Shown: one piece after another, positions 1 through 10,500 of the stretch | How positions within the stretch are numbered: the first letter of the stretch is position 1 | How the letters are laid out: each line of letters starts with the position of its first letter | NCBI GenBank assembly: GCA_913047625.1 | Contig: CAJWUJ010000002.1 | Location: forward strand, 85,848 to 149,847 | Length of the DNA: 64,000 bases | Direction of reading: 5' to 3' | DNA from: an uncultured Dehalococcoidia bacterium | GTDB taxonomy: Bacteria; Chloroflexota; Dehalococcoidia; Lucifugimonadales; CAJWUJ01 | Made by a program: the position numbers and the translations under genes | Notes under the pieces: model-generated | The model's input: only the letters and a program-made list of their open reading frames with translations | Databases searched by the model: none | What the model was told of the DNA's origin: nothing

Positions 1-534
1 TCCCGTTAGGTGGGTGAATCCAGCAAGAGATGTTAGCACGGGTCCTAGACCCGGCTGGCTAGAGTGTGGCCCACCCCTTCCGAACATTGAAGTACTAAAC
101 ATGATAATAGAGGGATTAATTTTCTGTAATTCAGAGAATCCTAAATTCAGCTTTTCCATGGTTCCTGGAGTAAAGTTTTCAGTTACAACGTCAGCCCAAG
201 AAACGAGTTTCTTGATCACTTCAAGTCCTTCAGGACGTTTGAGATCTACAGTCATAGCCAATTTGTTAGCGTTCATGGTTGCAAAATATCCGCTTCTATT
301 CACCCCAGCTATGCCCTCTTTAAACGGGGTAGCATTACGTAAAATGTCCAGCCGTGAAGGAGTTTCGATTCTGATTACGGTTGCTCCATGATCAGCTAGA
401 TAACGCGTAGTCATTGGTCCTATTGCAACCCAACAGAAATCAAGTATTTTAAGGCCCTCCAATGCCTGTGACTGATAGGAATAAGATAGGTCTGATGAAG
501 AGGACGTATTATGATTTGAGGTATTTTTAGCCAA
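1..534 (-). CDS. Class III CoA-transferase (CaiB/BaiF family), partial, runs off the left edge; absent from the ORF track
   Basis: Manual translation from TTG at 534 gives ...ALEGLKILDFCWVAIGPMTTRYLADHGATVIRIE...FATMNANKLAMTVDLKRPEG..., the typical family N-terminus. The frame is open to position 1 and overlaps the upstream gene's stop (TTGGCTAA). Confidence 0.9.
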   Translation of the reverse strand, partial: MAKNTSNHNTSSSSDLSYSYQSQALEGLKILDFCWVAIGPMTTRYLADHGATVIRIETPSRLDILRNATPFKEGIAGVNRSGYFATMNANKLAMTVDLKRPEGLEVIKKLVSWADVVTENFTPGTMEKLNLGFSELQKINPSIIMFSTSMFGRGGPHSSQPGLGPVLTSLAGFTHLTG

Positions 535-1759
535 TTACTCGTTCCTTTCTAAGTTGGGAGAGCTGTTTCAAGGTATAGTGTAGTTCGTCAATGTAGATAT
601 CTTTGTTGTGTTGCCCTAAGGTTGGGGCTGGCTGGGGTGACCGAAGCGCTTTTCCAGATGCTTTTAAGAAAGCACCTGGAAGTGTTACCGCAGCATCAAT
701 TTGAGGATGATAAACAGTATGGAAGTATTGACGTGCTGACAGCTGTTCATAGGTTGTGAGATCTTCCATAGTATTAACTGGGAACAGCATAATTTTACGC
801 TCAATAGACCCTTCAAACAATTCTTTTTTGGTCATCGTTTTGAAGAACAAACTTAGATCATTCTCTAGTCCATCCAGCAGTTCCTGCGTGAATGTACCAT
901 ATTGAACTTCTTCCCATTTGGTTTCTACTAGGATTTTGCTTTTTTGGCCTTTGGTCAGCATCCATTCAGAGAGTGCTTTCATCTCTCTGGCAGCGGAGAT
1001 ACCACCAGTCACAATAAAATTGACGTATCCATCAGCGCATTCCCAGTTGATTCTCATTTTAAATTTTCCGAGGTCTCGGTAGGGACCTGATCTTTCAAGA
1101 TTTTTGTGGGTGAGTTGCCATGTTGCGGGAGCTTGAGCAAGTGTACGCGCTACTGCTTGTTGGCAGGATACGTCCACGAATTGTCCACGGCCTGTTTTTC
1201 GGCGCGAATAATGGGCGAGCATTGCCCCGGCAGCGGCAGCGGCAGATCCAAGTTCATAGAATTGGGGCAAAGAGATCCGTGTGGGGGGTCTATCAGCGTC
1301 TCCTGTTAACCACATCATGCCACCAAGGGCTATGCCAGTGAGGTCTGAATGGCTCACGTTTCCCAAGGGGCCTGTTTGGCCAAAAGGGGTAATAGAGACC
1401 ATTATTAACGTGGGATTAAGTGAGCGTAAAAAAGAATAACCTAGTTTCATCTTTTCCATATGACCTGGTGAATAGGATTCAATCAGGAAGTCTGCGTTGG
1501 AAAGAAGCTGTAAGAAGATTTTCCTTCCTTCAGGATGTGCGATGTCTAGGGTGATGCTCCTTTTACCTGACGAGTATGCCAGCCAGTGAAGACTGTGTTC
1601 ACGGGTAGCAGTATCGTGAGCGAACGGGGTAACGTTACGGGAAGGGGCTCCTTCTAGTGGTTCTACCTTTACAACATCTGCTCCGAGATCTGCAAGAATT
1701 TTACCGCACAGATCTCCTTGTTCGTTGCTTAAGTCTAGAACACGATATTTTGACAGCAT
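527..1759 (-). CDS. Class III CoA-transferase (CaiB/BaiF family), BbsE-like subunit
   Basis: RVLDLS..LADLGADVVKVEP, GKRSITLD, SITPFGQTGP and APTLGQHN motifs. Confidence 0.9.
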   Translation of the reverse strand: MLSKYRVLDLSNEQGDLCGKILADLGADVVKVEPLEGAPSRNVTPFAHDTATREHSLHWLAYSSGKRSITLDIAHPEGRKIFLQLLSNADFLIESYSPGHMEKMKLGYSFLRSLNPTLIMVSITPFGQTGPLGNVSHSDLTGIALGGMMWLTGDADRPPTRISLPQFYELGSAAAAAGAMLAHYSRRKTGRGQFVDVSCQQAVARTLAQAPATWQLTHKNLERSGPYRDLGKFKMRINWECADGYVNFIVTGGISAAREMKALSEWMLTKGQKSKILVETKWEEVQYGTFTQELLDGLENDLSLFFKTMTKKELFEGSIERKIMLFPVNTMEDLTTYEQLSARQYFHTVYHPQIDAAVTLPGAFLKASGKALRSPQPAPTLGQHNKDIYIDELHYTLKQLSQLRKERVIG

Positions 1760-1809
1760 AAGGTTTCTTGTAAGGTTACTTGACTATGTTTTCGGTAAAT
1801 TGGATTTAA

Positions 1810-1835
1810 CGTCCCCCCGATAGGGTGGGGGGACG
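1810..1835. repeat. 9-bp GC-rich inverted repeat in a divergent intergenic region
   Basis: CGTCCCCCC-gatagggt-GGGGGGACG. Confidence 0.7.
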
Positions 1836-1987
1836 GCGTAAGTTTATAGGCACTTTGGAGATTCATGCAAGGGACAAAACGGGTTAATATCTTGCGGATT
1901 CAGCTGATTCGGTTTACATTTTGCCAGAACAAGGTAAATGTCGGCGGAAAGCTTACGTAAATTTCTCTATTGAGGATGGTGATTACT

Positions 1988-3439
1988 ATGGTAACCCAAG
2001 TGGATTGTTTAGTCAGTGGGGGACTTCTTGTCACAGGAAAAGGTGTGGAACGTGCGGATATTGCTATCAAGGACGGTATCATTATAGAGATATCCCAGGA
2101 AATAAAAGAAGTTCAAGCCTCACGAACGATAGATGCTCATAACAAATATGTGTTGCCTGGGGCAATTGATGCTCATTGTCACCCAGTCTATGCCGATAAA
2201 ATGGATACGATGTCGCTTTGTGCAGCGTATGGCGGTATTACAACATTAATACCGTTTATAGGAAATAATAAAGCCTGGGGATATAGTGGCCGAACTGATG
2301 ACGTGGTTAAACGGTTTATTGAAGATAGCCTACGAGATTCCCTGCTAGATTTTGCGGTTCATGGTATTTTCACGGTGGCAGATTGCGACACTGTGCAGAG
2401 CTCGGTACCTGCATTGATCAAAATGGGAGTTACATCATTCAAGATGTATATGGCATATTCACGAAGAGGCATGCAAATTCCTGACGAAACTATTGTGACT
2501 GTTATGGATTTAGCAGCAAAAGACGGTGGTATTACCATGGTGCATGCGGAGACGGGATGTTGTATTGATTATCTCATTGATATGTTTATCGCTGAAGGAA
2601 AGGTACAACCGCAATATTTTTTGCCATCACAACCTAGTCTGCTCGAAATGGAAGCAGTGACCAGAGTGGCAACTTTTTCAGCAGTAACAGGGTGTCCTCT
2701 TTATCCCGTACATTTGAGTGCTAAGGAAACTCCGGCAGTGTTGAATTACTTCAAAGAATTGGACAAGGCCCCTCTGTTTGGCGAAACTTGCCCTCATTAC
2801 CTTACCTTGACCAATGATTTGGTATTGGAGCAAGGGAATTTGGCAAAATGTGGTCCTCCTCTTCGAGAATCAGAGGACAACAAGGCCATGTGGGAGGCCG
2901 TTGCAAATGGTTTAATCAGCACGGTTGCTTCAGATTCCTGCAACTTGAGTTCGGCGATGAAAAAGACTGGGGGGATGACCTCTCAGGTTCCGACGGCTGA
3001 TAAAGAATATGAGGAAACATTCAATATTTTTGAGGGCTCGTTTGGATTGAATACTATAGAATTTATGGTTCCCGTGGTGTGGAGTAGAGGCGTTAATACC
3101 GGACTGATTACATTACCTCGGCTTGTTCAGGTACTCTGTGAAAATCCAGCAAAGATTTTTGGTTTGTATCCTCAGAAAGGAGCGCTGGCAGTGGGTTCGG
3201 ATGCCGATGTGGTTATTTGGGATCCTTCTAAGCAGCACACTATTTCTCGTCCCCACGGGAATGGCGACTTCACGAGCTTTGAGGGATTCGAGCTATTGGG
3301 AATGCCTGTCCTTGTAATGCAAAGAGGGAATTCGATTATTGAAGATGGACAGGTGGTAGGCAAGCCAGGGAAGGCACGATTCTTGCGATCCGACCCGAAT
3401 GTATCTGCATATGCCCAGAAGGGATACAAAGTGATTTAA
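1988..3439 (+). CDS. Cyclic amidohydrolase (dihydropyrimidinase/hydantoinase/allantoinase family)
   Basis: PGAIDAHCH metal motif, FKMYMAY carbamylated Lys, VHAE, VHLS, ETCPHYL, NPAKIFGL..KG...GSDADVVIWD. Start chosen at ATG 1988; the ORF track starts at 1970. Confidence 0.88.
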   Translation: MVTQVDCLVSGGLLVTGKGVERADIAIKDGIIIEISQEIKEVQASRTIDAHNKYVLPGAIDAHCHPVYADKMDTMSLCAAYGGITTLIPFIGNNKAWGYSGRTDDVVKRFIEDSLRDSLLDFAVHGIFTVADCDTVQSSVPALIKMGVTSFKMYMAYSRRGMQIPDETIVTVMDLAAKDGGITMVHAETGCCIDYLIDMFIAEGKVQPQYFLPSQPSLLEMEAVTRVATFSAVTGCPLYPVHLSAKETPAVLNYFKELDKAPLFGETCPHYLTLTNDLVLEQGNLAKCGPPLRESEDNKAMWEAVANGLISTVASDSCNLSSAMKKTGGMTSQVPTADKEYEETFNIFEGSFGLNTIEFMVPVVWSRGVNTGLITLPRLVQVLCENPAKIFGLYPQKGALAVGSDADVVIWDPSKQHTISRPHGNGDFTSFEGFELLGMPVLVMQRGNSIIEDGQVVGKPGKARFLRSDPNVSAYAQKGYKVI

Positions 3440-3496
3440 AGGCCTGTTAGGATACTCGTTATATCAATCATTCAATTACAACATAAATAAGTTACA

Positions 3497-4414
3497 GTGA
3501 CTGAAAGAATAATAATTACAGGAAGTTCCGGATTAATTGGGAGAAGTCTCGTGCAAGAACTTTTTGCCCGAGGGTATACACCTATTTGCATAGGACGGAA
3601 GCTTGGAACTTCTAAGCAAGGACTTGTGCACCAGGATGGAGATAGAAGCATATCACGTTATACATGGGATATGCTTAATACTCTGTCGTTTAGAAGACAG
3701 ATTGATGGGGCGAGAGCCGTAATTCACTTGGCTGGTGAGCCCGTTGCTGGTTTGATGACACCTTGGAAGAAAAGACGTATTCTGGACAGCAGAGTTAAAA
3801 CTGCAGATTCTTTAATTAATGTCTTGCAATCTTTAGATCACAGGCCACCTTTTTTTATATCTGCGAGTGCTGTTGGGTACTATGGCAATAGAGGCGATAC
3901 AGTATTGTCGGAGTCGTCTGATCCCGGGAAAGGTTTTCTGAGTGATGTTTGCATGGCTTGGGAAGAAGTTGCATTCAAAGCTGAGAATGAAGGATGTCGT
4001 TCATCAGTGCTCAGGTTAGGCTTGGTATTTGGCAGGAACGGAGGGATCTTACCTATCCTTAAAAATTTGGTAAAGGTAGGTGTGGGGAAAATGGGACCGG
4101 GTACTCAATGGTGGCCCTGGATTCATGTTGAGGATGTCACGAGAATTATAGTCCAGATTCTAGAGCAAGAGTGGCGAGGCCCTATTAATGCTGTTGCTCC
4201 AGAATCTACAACACAACTTACTATTGCAAACGGTTTGTCGGCAGCTTTGAATCGGAAAACTGTATTTCAGATACCTGAGTTTATGTTGAAACTGTCAGGA
4301 GATTTGTCATCAGAGGTGCTGAACAGTAAAAAGGTTAAGCCTCAGGCTTTGCTTGATAGAGGTTTTGTTTTTAATTATCCTACTCTTGAGCAAGCTTTGG
4401 CAGACTTGATGTAA
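3497..4414 (+). CDS. NAD-dependent epimerase family protein (TIGR01777/YfcH-like)
   Basis: ITGSSGLIG, HLAGE, SASAVGYYG, WPWIHVED, INAVAP. Confidence 0.9.
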   Translation: MTERIIITGSSGLIGRSLVQELFARGYTPICIGRKLGTSKQGLVHQDGDRSISRYTWDMLNTLSFRRQIDGARAVIHLAGEPVAGLMTPWKKRRILDSRVKTADSLINVLQSLDHRPPFFISASAVGYYGNRGDTVLSESSDPGKGFLSDVCMAWEEVAFKAENEGCRSSVLRLGLVFGRNGGILPILKNLVKVGVGKMGPGTQWWPWIHVEDVTRIIVQILEQEWRGPINAVAPESTTQLTIANGLSAALNRKTVFQIPEFMLKLSGDLSSEVLNSKKVKPQALLDRGFVFNYPTLEQALADLM

Positions 4415-4453
4415 GGTTTTAGATAGTTTTTTATTTAGGATGCATATTGACAT

Positions 4454-4996
4454 ATGAGCAATGGAACTGACTTTACAATGACTCGCTTAATAAAACGTAG
4501 TGTGATTGTGCATCAACCGATCGAAAAGGTGTTTGAGTTTTTTGCTGATGCTGCGAACTTAGAGGTTTTGACGCCCTATTGGCTACATTTCAAAATTATT
4601 TCAGCTCTGCCAATTAACATGGGAACAGGAACACTAATTGATTATAAGTTGAAAGTTAAGGGGTTGCCTATTAGTTGGCGCAGTGAAATTTTGGACTGGA
4701 ATCCACCATTCATATTTGTAGACAGGCAAATCAAAGGTCCTTATGAGATGTGGGTTCATACACATACATTTACCGAAATAAACAATGGGACACTCGTGGA
4801 TGACGAAGTAGTTTACAAGGTTCCCGGAGATGGTTTGATAGAACACTGTTTTCGGAGTCAATGGACTATTATTAGGATGGGAGGGCATCTTTTAAAAGCG
4901 GTTACTTTCTCTGTGGCGTTAATAGTACGGAGGGATCTCGAGAAGATTTTTGATTATAGAACACGTAAGTTGCAAAAATATTTCGGGATAGAGTGA
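4454..4996 (+). CDS. SRPBCC (START-like) family protein
   Basis: VFEFFADAANLEVLTP, FVDRQIKGPY.MWVHTH, IFDYR. Such proteins are commonly paired with TIGR01777 epimerases. Confidence 0.85.
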   Translation: MSNGTDFTMTRLIKRSVIVHQPIEKVFEFFADAANLEVLTPYWLHFKIISALPINMGTGTLIDYKLKVKGLPISWRSEILDWNPPFIFVDRQIKGPYEMWVHTHTFTEINNGTLVDDEVVYKVPGDGLIEHCFRSQWTIIRMGGHLLKAVTFSVALIVRRDLEKIFDYRTRKLQKYFGIE

Positions 4997-5012
4997 TGCT
5001 CTTGAAAGCTAC

Positions 5013-6074
5013 TTAGGACGAGTGATAAGGAATTAGCTTAGAACCTTCTTCCGTATCAGTCACGCGCCAACCCATCTCTTGAATTTGGTTGCGAAGTAAA
5101 TCAGCTAGTGCCCAATTACCTGTTTTTCGGGCCTGCTCACGTGAAGCACAGGTGTCGAGCACCATTTTGGAGGGTTGGCTAGAAAGAGAAGTGTGAGTCT
5201 GGAGTTTAGTCAGCCAAGGGAGAGCTGATTTATAGTTCGCACGCCGCGGCTTTGGAATGGATAGTTGGCCTAATTCTGATATAGAAAAGGACCCGCTGGT
5301 GAATATTCTAGGCTTTTTTCGATGAGAGATTATTGTAACTGAACCTTTACCAACGACGTGGCATTGTTTGTCTTTCATATTGATAATCAAAGCAGTATGC
5401 TCGTCGATGCCAACCACGGTTGTAGAAACTTCCAGTAAGTTGCTTAATTGTTTGAATCGTTGCGCTCCCATGTAGCAATGGCTAGTATCTAATTCGTTGC
5501 CTCCCTCAAGATTATTCCAGTGAGGGATGAAGGTTATGTTTAAACCGTATGTACCAAGAAGATCTAACCCCTGTGTCCAGTGTAGTGTTTCCCCAGATTT
5601 ATAGATTTCATATACTGGTAAGGCATATTTGCCCATTGCGATTGTAGCTGCACTTGCTAGAACCAGATGAGTTCCTGCGTTATGCTTTTGAGTCAGTACA
5701 TCCCAAGCAAAACTGTTCTTTAGTTGCCTGACAGTGTAGGTAGGGCTTCCGGGTCCCAAGAAAATAACATTGGCATTTGGTACAGTACCCATGAGTTTCT
5801 TGAGCACACTCGAGGAGGAGCCTTTGATTCGACGCAGTGGAACTTGGTTCACTATTGGCTTATGGTTACGAAGATGGCTTTCGAGAAATTGCCCGATTTT
5901 ACCGGCTACAATGGCTGAATTAGGCTGAAAACCCGCAGGAGTTTCCCAGATAGAAACATTTACAGAGGTGGATATTTGCCCAAAGATATGGTCATAAACT
6001 TTTCGGCCGCTTGGAGCTATCTCCCCTGATCCAAAAAGAGCTATTAATCCAGGATTTGGTATTGAATCCACCAT
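5013..6074 (-). CDS. Peptidase S51/cyanophycinase-like protein with C-terminal CysRS-like anticodon-binding domain
   Basis: LFGSGE, FLGPGSP, LASAAT (nucleophile Ser), IPHW, GIDEHTA. The tail REQARKTGNWALADLLRNQIQEMGWRVTDTEEG resembles the CysRS C-terminus. Confidence 0.75.
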   Translation of the reverse strand: MVDSIPNPGLIALFGSGEIAPSGRKVYDHIFGQISTSVNVSIWETPAGFQPNSAIVAGKIGQFLESHLRNHKPIVNQVPLRRIKGSSSSVLKKLMGTVPNANVIFLGPGSPTYTVRQLKNSFAWDVLTQKHNAGTHLVLASAATIAMGKYALPVYEIYKSGETLHWTQGLDLLGTYGLNITFIPHWNNLEGGNELDTSHCYMGAQRFKQLSNLLEVSTTVVGIDEHTALIINMKDKQCHVVGKGSVTIISHRKKPRIFTSGSFSISELGQLSIPKPRRANYKSALPWLTKLQTHTSLSSQPSKMVLDTCASREQARKTGNWALADLLRNQIQEMGWRVTDTEEGSKLIPYHSS

Positions 6075-6184
6075 AGAATATTACTTGGTTCGAAGTGTTT
6101 TTTCCAAGAATGTTCAAAAGTTATTAGGTTTAGAAAAGATAAGCCCAATCCTTTTGCTTCATATTGCGATTTGAGGGAATTCAA

Positions 6185-6262
6185 TGGCGACCCGGAGGGG
6201 ATTCGAACCCCCGATCTCAGCCTTGACAGGGCTGTGTGTTAGGCCAACTACACCACCGGGCC
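6185..6262 (-). tRNA. tRNA-Asp (anticodon GTC), CCA encoded
   Basis: Reverse complement GGCCCGGTGGTGTAGTTGGCCTAACACACAGCCCTGTCAAGGCTGAGATCGGGGGTTCGAATCCCCTCCGGGTCGCCA folds into a full cloverleaf with TTCGAA T-loop and G discriminator. Confidence 0.97.
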
Positions 6263-6351
6263 ACTAAGCAATTCCAGATGTGCATTTCAGCAGGAATTAT
6301 TATAGCTTATTCTGCGGTAAAACGGTATCTTTTAAACTATGTAGTAGGTTG

Positions 6352-6380
6352 TTGACAAGGTAATTAAGAATTGCTATCCT
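6352..6380 (+). promoter_or_regulatory. Sigma70-type promoter of rpoBC
   Basis: TTGACA (6352-6357), 17-nt spacer, TGn-extended TATCCT (6375-6380), about 150 nt upstream of rpoB. Confidence 0.7.
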
Positions 6381-6531
6381 GTACTTTGTGTCTAAAAAAA
6401 GGTGCCTTTTTTTTTCTCGCTCACAATACGACTCAGTCTCTGAAGCAGAGCATTGTGTATTTTTTCCGGATTCTCAGCTAGGCTCAGGTCTTATTAAAAC
6501 CTCACTTCACTAACTAGTAAGGAGCTATTTG

Positions 6532-9500
6532 ATGGCATTGTCTTCTTTCTCGCCAATTATTGAACCCTCATGGAACTACAAGGATTATGCTCAGAATCCT
6601 AGAGTTTTACCCGTTCCTAATTTAATTCAAGTGCAACTGAAATCTTTTGAATGGCTCCAGACTTTGGGGATCCGAGAGCTTCTTGATGAAATTAGTCCTA
6701 TCGAAGACTTGACTGGAGGGAAATTCGAACTACATTTTGGGGTTCATGAATTTCAGGATCCTAAATATAGCGCTGAGGAGTGTAGGACAAAAGAAGTCAC
6801 TTATGAAAGTGCTCTTTATGTGACCGTTAGATTGGTCTTTAAGGAAACGGGAGAGATTAAGGAACAAAAGTTGTTTATGGGTAATATCCCGTTAATGACC
6901 GACAAGGGAACCTACATTATCAATGGTGCTGAACGCGTAGTGGTTAGCCAGTTAGTGCGATCTCCAGGCGTTTATTTTACAGAGACTAAAGATCCTTCAA
7001 CGGGTCGTTCTTTGTGCTATGCCAAGCTTATACCGTACAGGGGTGCATGGCTGGAATTTGAGACAAGTAATCGTGATTTAATCCATGTGAAGGTGGATAG
7101 AAAGCGGAAAGCTTCTGTAACGACCCTGCTTCGTGCATTGGGATATTCTACCGACGAAGAAATCCTTGGAATGTTCAAGGATGTTGAAAAGGGGAAGGAT
7201 CGAAAATTCATTGAGTCAACTCTCGAGAAGGATACCCCGGCCCAGACGGTTGATGATGCTTTACTGGAGTTTTACCGGAGGCTCAAGCCAGGAGAGCCAC
7301 CTAGTCTTGCTAATGCCAAGTTATTGATGGAGAACCTCTTTTTTAATCCTAGACGCTACGATCTTGGTAGAGTAGGTCGATATAAAATCAACAAGAGACT
7401 CCATCTTGATACGCCGGAATCAACTCGAACTCTTACCAGGGAAGATTTCATACAGCTGATTAAGGCTATGATTGAGGTTAATAATGGAGCATCTGGAGAT
7501 GATATTGATCACTTAGGTAATCGAAGGGTAAGAGCAGTGGGCGAGCTGATCCAAAATCAGCTAAGAATTGGTCTTCTGCGTATGGAAAGAGTTGTCAAAG
7601 AACGGATGACTATTATAGATCCCGAAAGAGCAACTCCCAGTGCCCTCACCAATATTAGGCCGGTTGCTGCATCGATCAAGGAATTCTTTGGTGGTTCTCA
7701 ATTGTCGCAATTTATGGATCAGACCAATCCTCTCGCAGAATTAACTCATAAAAGAAGATTATCTGCACTAGGTCCAGGAGGTCTTAATAGAGAACGTGCA
7801 GGCTTTGATGTCCGAGATGTACACCATTCCCATTACGGAAGAATTTGCCCTATTGAAACTCCAGAAGGACCCAATATTGGCTTGTTAGGTTCATTGGCTA
7901 CATATGCTAAGACGAATGAATACGGATTCATTGAGACACCGTATAGAAAAGTGCTGAAATCATTAAAAAATAACGATGAAGATCTTATGGGTAGGACTTT
8001 AGAGCAGGACGTAATCACAAAAGATGGTAAGAAATTAGCAGAACGTGGAACAGTCATTTCTAAGGAATTAAAACAACAGATTGCTCGAATAAAACCTCAA
8101 GATATAAGGGTTACTCCCTATCTTTCTGATAATGAGCAAGATGTTGTTTATATGTCTGCTGATGACGAGGAGCAATTTATTATTGGGCAGGCGAATTCAA
8201 AAATAGGTGAAAAAAACCAATTAGAAGAACCTTATCTCGAAGCAAGAAAGAAAGATGAATTTATTGTTGAATCTGCCGAAAACGTTGACTTTCTAGATGT
8301 TTCTCCTATGCAAATGGTAAGTGTATCTACTTCCTTGATTCCGTTTTTGGAACATGATGACGCAAACAGAGCGTTGATGGGTTCCAATATGCAGCGACAG
8401 GCTGTTCCATTGCTTTTACCGGATGCTCCTCTTGTAGGGACTGGTATGGAAGCACGCGTAGCGTTGGATAGCGGTCAAGTGGTGTTGGCAAAAGCTGAGG
8501 GTGTTGTGGTTTCATCAACTTCAAAAGAGATTGTGATTGAAGATAAAGATGGTAAAACACATTCGCATTCGTTAATCAAATTCTTGCGGAGTAATCAAGG
8601 TACTTGTATCACGCAAAGGCCAATTGTTTACAAAGGTGACAAAGTTAAGCTGGGAACCCCTTTGGCTGATAGCTCGTCTACTGATAAGGGTAATTTGGCT
8701 TTAGGGCAAAATGTTTTGGTGGCATTTATGTCGTGGGAGGGCTTTAATTACGAAGATGCCATTATTATAAGCGAGCGTCTTGTTAGAGATGATAAATTTA
8801 CTTCTGTTCATATAGAGAAACATGAAGTTGAAGCTAGGGATACCAAGCTTGGTCAAGAGGAAATAACCAGAGACATTCCTAATGTTGGTGATGAAAGTCT
8901 GAGAAATTTGGATGAAGATGGGATTATCTGTATTGGTGCGGAAGTGGTGGCTGGAGATATATTGGTTGGCAAGATTACCCCTAAAGGAGAAACTGAGTTA
9001 ACTGCTGAAGAAAAACTTTTACGGGCGATTTTTGGCGAGAAAGCAAGAGATGTAAAAGATACATCCTTACGCGTGCCTCATGGAGAGAAAGGAAAAGTCA
9101 TTGATGTCAAGGTTATTTCTCGAGAGGGTAAGTCTGATCTTTCTGCAGGGGTGAACAAGTTAGTTCGGGTTTGGATTGCCCAAACTCGCAAAGTCTCCGA
9201 AGGCGATAAAATGGCAGGAAGACATGGCAACAAAGGAGTTATATCAAAAATTTTACCTATTGAGGACATGCCTTATTTGCCGGATGGTACTCCAGTGGAC
9301 ATTATATTAAACCCTATAGGAGTGCCTTCTCGGATGAATCTGGGTCAGGTTCTTGAAACACATCTTGGTTTAGCAGCAAAGACTATGAACTTCCGAGTAA
9401 AAAGTCCAGTTTTTGATAGTGCTCAGGATACAGATATTGATGATGCATTGGCTCGGTTATGGATATACCAGAACTCCGGAGGTATAGATAGTGAATCAGG

Positions 9501-10500
9501 AACCATAAACATGGAGCGGGTTGGTGTATGGTTGGCTGACTACGGAATTTCAGAAGGAATATTAGATGAATCAAAGTCTAGTGGAACCCTAAGGGATGCA
9601 GCGTTAACAATTTGGTTGAAGCAACAATCAACCTCCGTACCTAAGGAATCATCAGAACTATACGAAAAAGCTATGCAGCTTGCTAGGGAAAACAGTCGAG
9701 AAGCACCTCCGATTTTTGGGAAGTCGGTTTTGTATGATGGTCGTAGCGGTGAGAGATTTGATCAGCCGGTTTCTGTTGGCTATGTCTATATGATGAAATT
9801 AATTCATTTGGTAGAAGATAAAATCCATGCCAGATCTACCGGTCCTTATTCCTTGATTACCCAGCAACCCTTGGGTGGTAAAGCCCAATTTGGTGGCCAA
9901 CGTTTTGGTGAAATGGAAGTATGGGCTTTAGAGGCTTACAGCTCAGCATATAATCTTCAGGAAATGTTGACCGTTAAATCTGATGACGTTGTTGGGCGTG
10001 TTAAGACCTATGAGGCAGTGGTTAAAGGTGAAGACATTTCCAGCCCTGGGATCCCAGAGTCTTTTCATGTTTTAGTTAAGGAACTGCAGAGTTTGGGTTT
10101 GGCTGTGGAACTCTTTCGAGATCCTGTATCAGAGGCACAAGACCTCTCTGTTTCTTCAGAATCTAATGATATCGAGCAGTCTCTCTTAGAAACAGATCAG
10201 GGAGAACCTCAGCCTGCTTCATCTCTGGAAGAAGCCCTCTTGACCGATATAAAAAAGGAAGAAGTCACATCTGATGGTTCTGGAACTTTGGAAGAAGCAC
10301 TGATGGTTGATATAACGGAAACTACGAAAGAAATGAAGGATGAAGGTGAAGAACCAGAGGCTGAGACCACTGTTGAAGAACCAGCGGTCGAGACTTCTAA
10401 TGAAGCTGATATACCGATATTAGATGAATTGTTAGAAGATTCTCCGGGCATTCCTCCAGCAAATACAGAAGAAGGTGACGCTGATGATACAGACAAGTAA
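6532..10500 (+). CDS. rpoB: DNA-directed RNA polymerase subunit beta
   Basis: [61 protein letters not shown] precedes ATG 6532. Confidence 0.99.
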   Translation: MALSSFSPIIEPSWNYKDYAQNPRVLPVPNLIQVQLKSFEWLQTLGIRELLDEISPIEDLTGGKFELHFGVHEFQDPKYSAEECRTKEVTYESALYVTVRLVFKETGEIKEQKLFMGNIPLMTDKGTYIINGAERVVVSQLVRSPGVYFTETKDPSTGRSLCYAKLIPYRGAWLEFETSNRDLIHVKVDRKRKASVTTLLRALGYSTDEEILGMFKDVEKGKDRKFIESTLEKDTPAQTVDDALLEFYRRLKPGEPPSLANAKLLMENLFFNPRRYDLGRVGRYKINKRLHLDTPESTRTLTREDFIQLIKAMIEVNNGASGDDIDHLGNRRVRAVGELIQNQLRIGLLRMERVVKERMTIIDPERATPSALTNIRPVAASIKEFFGGSQLSQFMDQTNPLAELTHKRRLSALGPGGLNRERAGFDVRDVHHSHYGRICPIETPEGPNIGLLGSLATYAKTNEYGFIETPYRKVLKSLKNNDEDLMGRTLEQDVITKDGKKLAERGTVISKELKQQIARIKPQDIRVTPYLSDNEQDVVYMSADDEEQFIIGQANSKIGEKNQLEEPYLEARKKDEFIVESAENVDFLDVSPMQMVSVSTSLIPFLEHDDANRALMGSNMQRQAVPLLLPDAPLVGTGMEARVALDSGQVVLAKAEGVVVSSTSKEIVIEDKDGKTHSHSLIKFLRSNQGTCITQRPIVYKGDKVKLGTPLADSSSTDKGNLALGQNVLVAFMSWEGFNYEDAIIISERLVRDDKFTSVHIEKHEVEARDTKLGQEEITRDIPNVGDESLRNLDEDGIICIGAEVVAGDILVGKITPKGETELTAEEKLLRAIFGEKARDVKDTSLRVPHGEKGKVIDVKVISREGKSDLSAGVNKLVRVWIAQTRKVSEGDKMAGRHGNKGVISKILPIEDMPYLPDGTPVDIILNPIGVPSRMNLGQVLETHLGLAAKTMNFRVKSPVFDSAQDTDIDDALARLWIYQNSGGIDSESGTINMERVGVWLADYGISEGILDESKSSGTLRDAALTIWLKQQSTSVPKESSELYEKAMQLARENSREAPPIFGKSVLYDGRSGERFDQPVSVGYVYMMKLIHLVEDKIHARSTGPYSLITQQPLGGKAQFGGQRFGEMEVWALEAYSSAYNLQEMLTVKSDDVVGRVKTYEAVVKGEDISSPGIPESFHVLVKELQSLGLAVELFRDPVSEAQDLSVSSESNDIEQSLLETDQGEPQPASSLEEALLTDIKKEEVTSDGSGTLEEALMVDITETTKEMKDEGEEPEAETTVEEPAVETSNEADIPILDELLEDSPGIPPANTEEGDADDTDK

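Noticed and set aside
14-391. 125-aa plus-strand ORF from the track
   Set aside because: Antisense shadow of the minus-strand CoA-transferase at 1..534
3281-6262. tRNA-Asp as an integration site, with GAGGGATTCGAG at 3281 as a possible att copy
   Set aside because: The match is short, imperfect and inside a coding region, and no integrase or island-type genes are present
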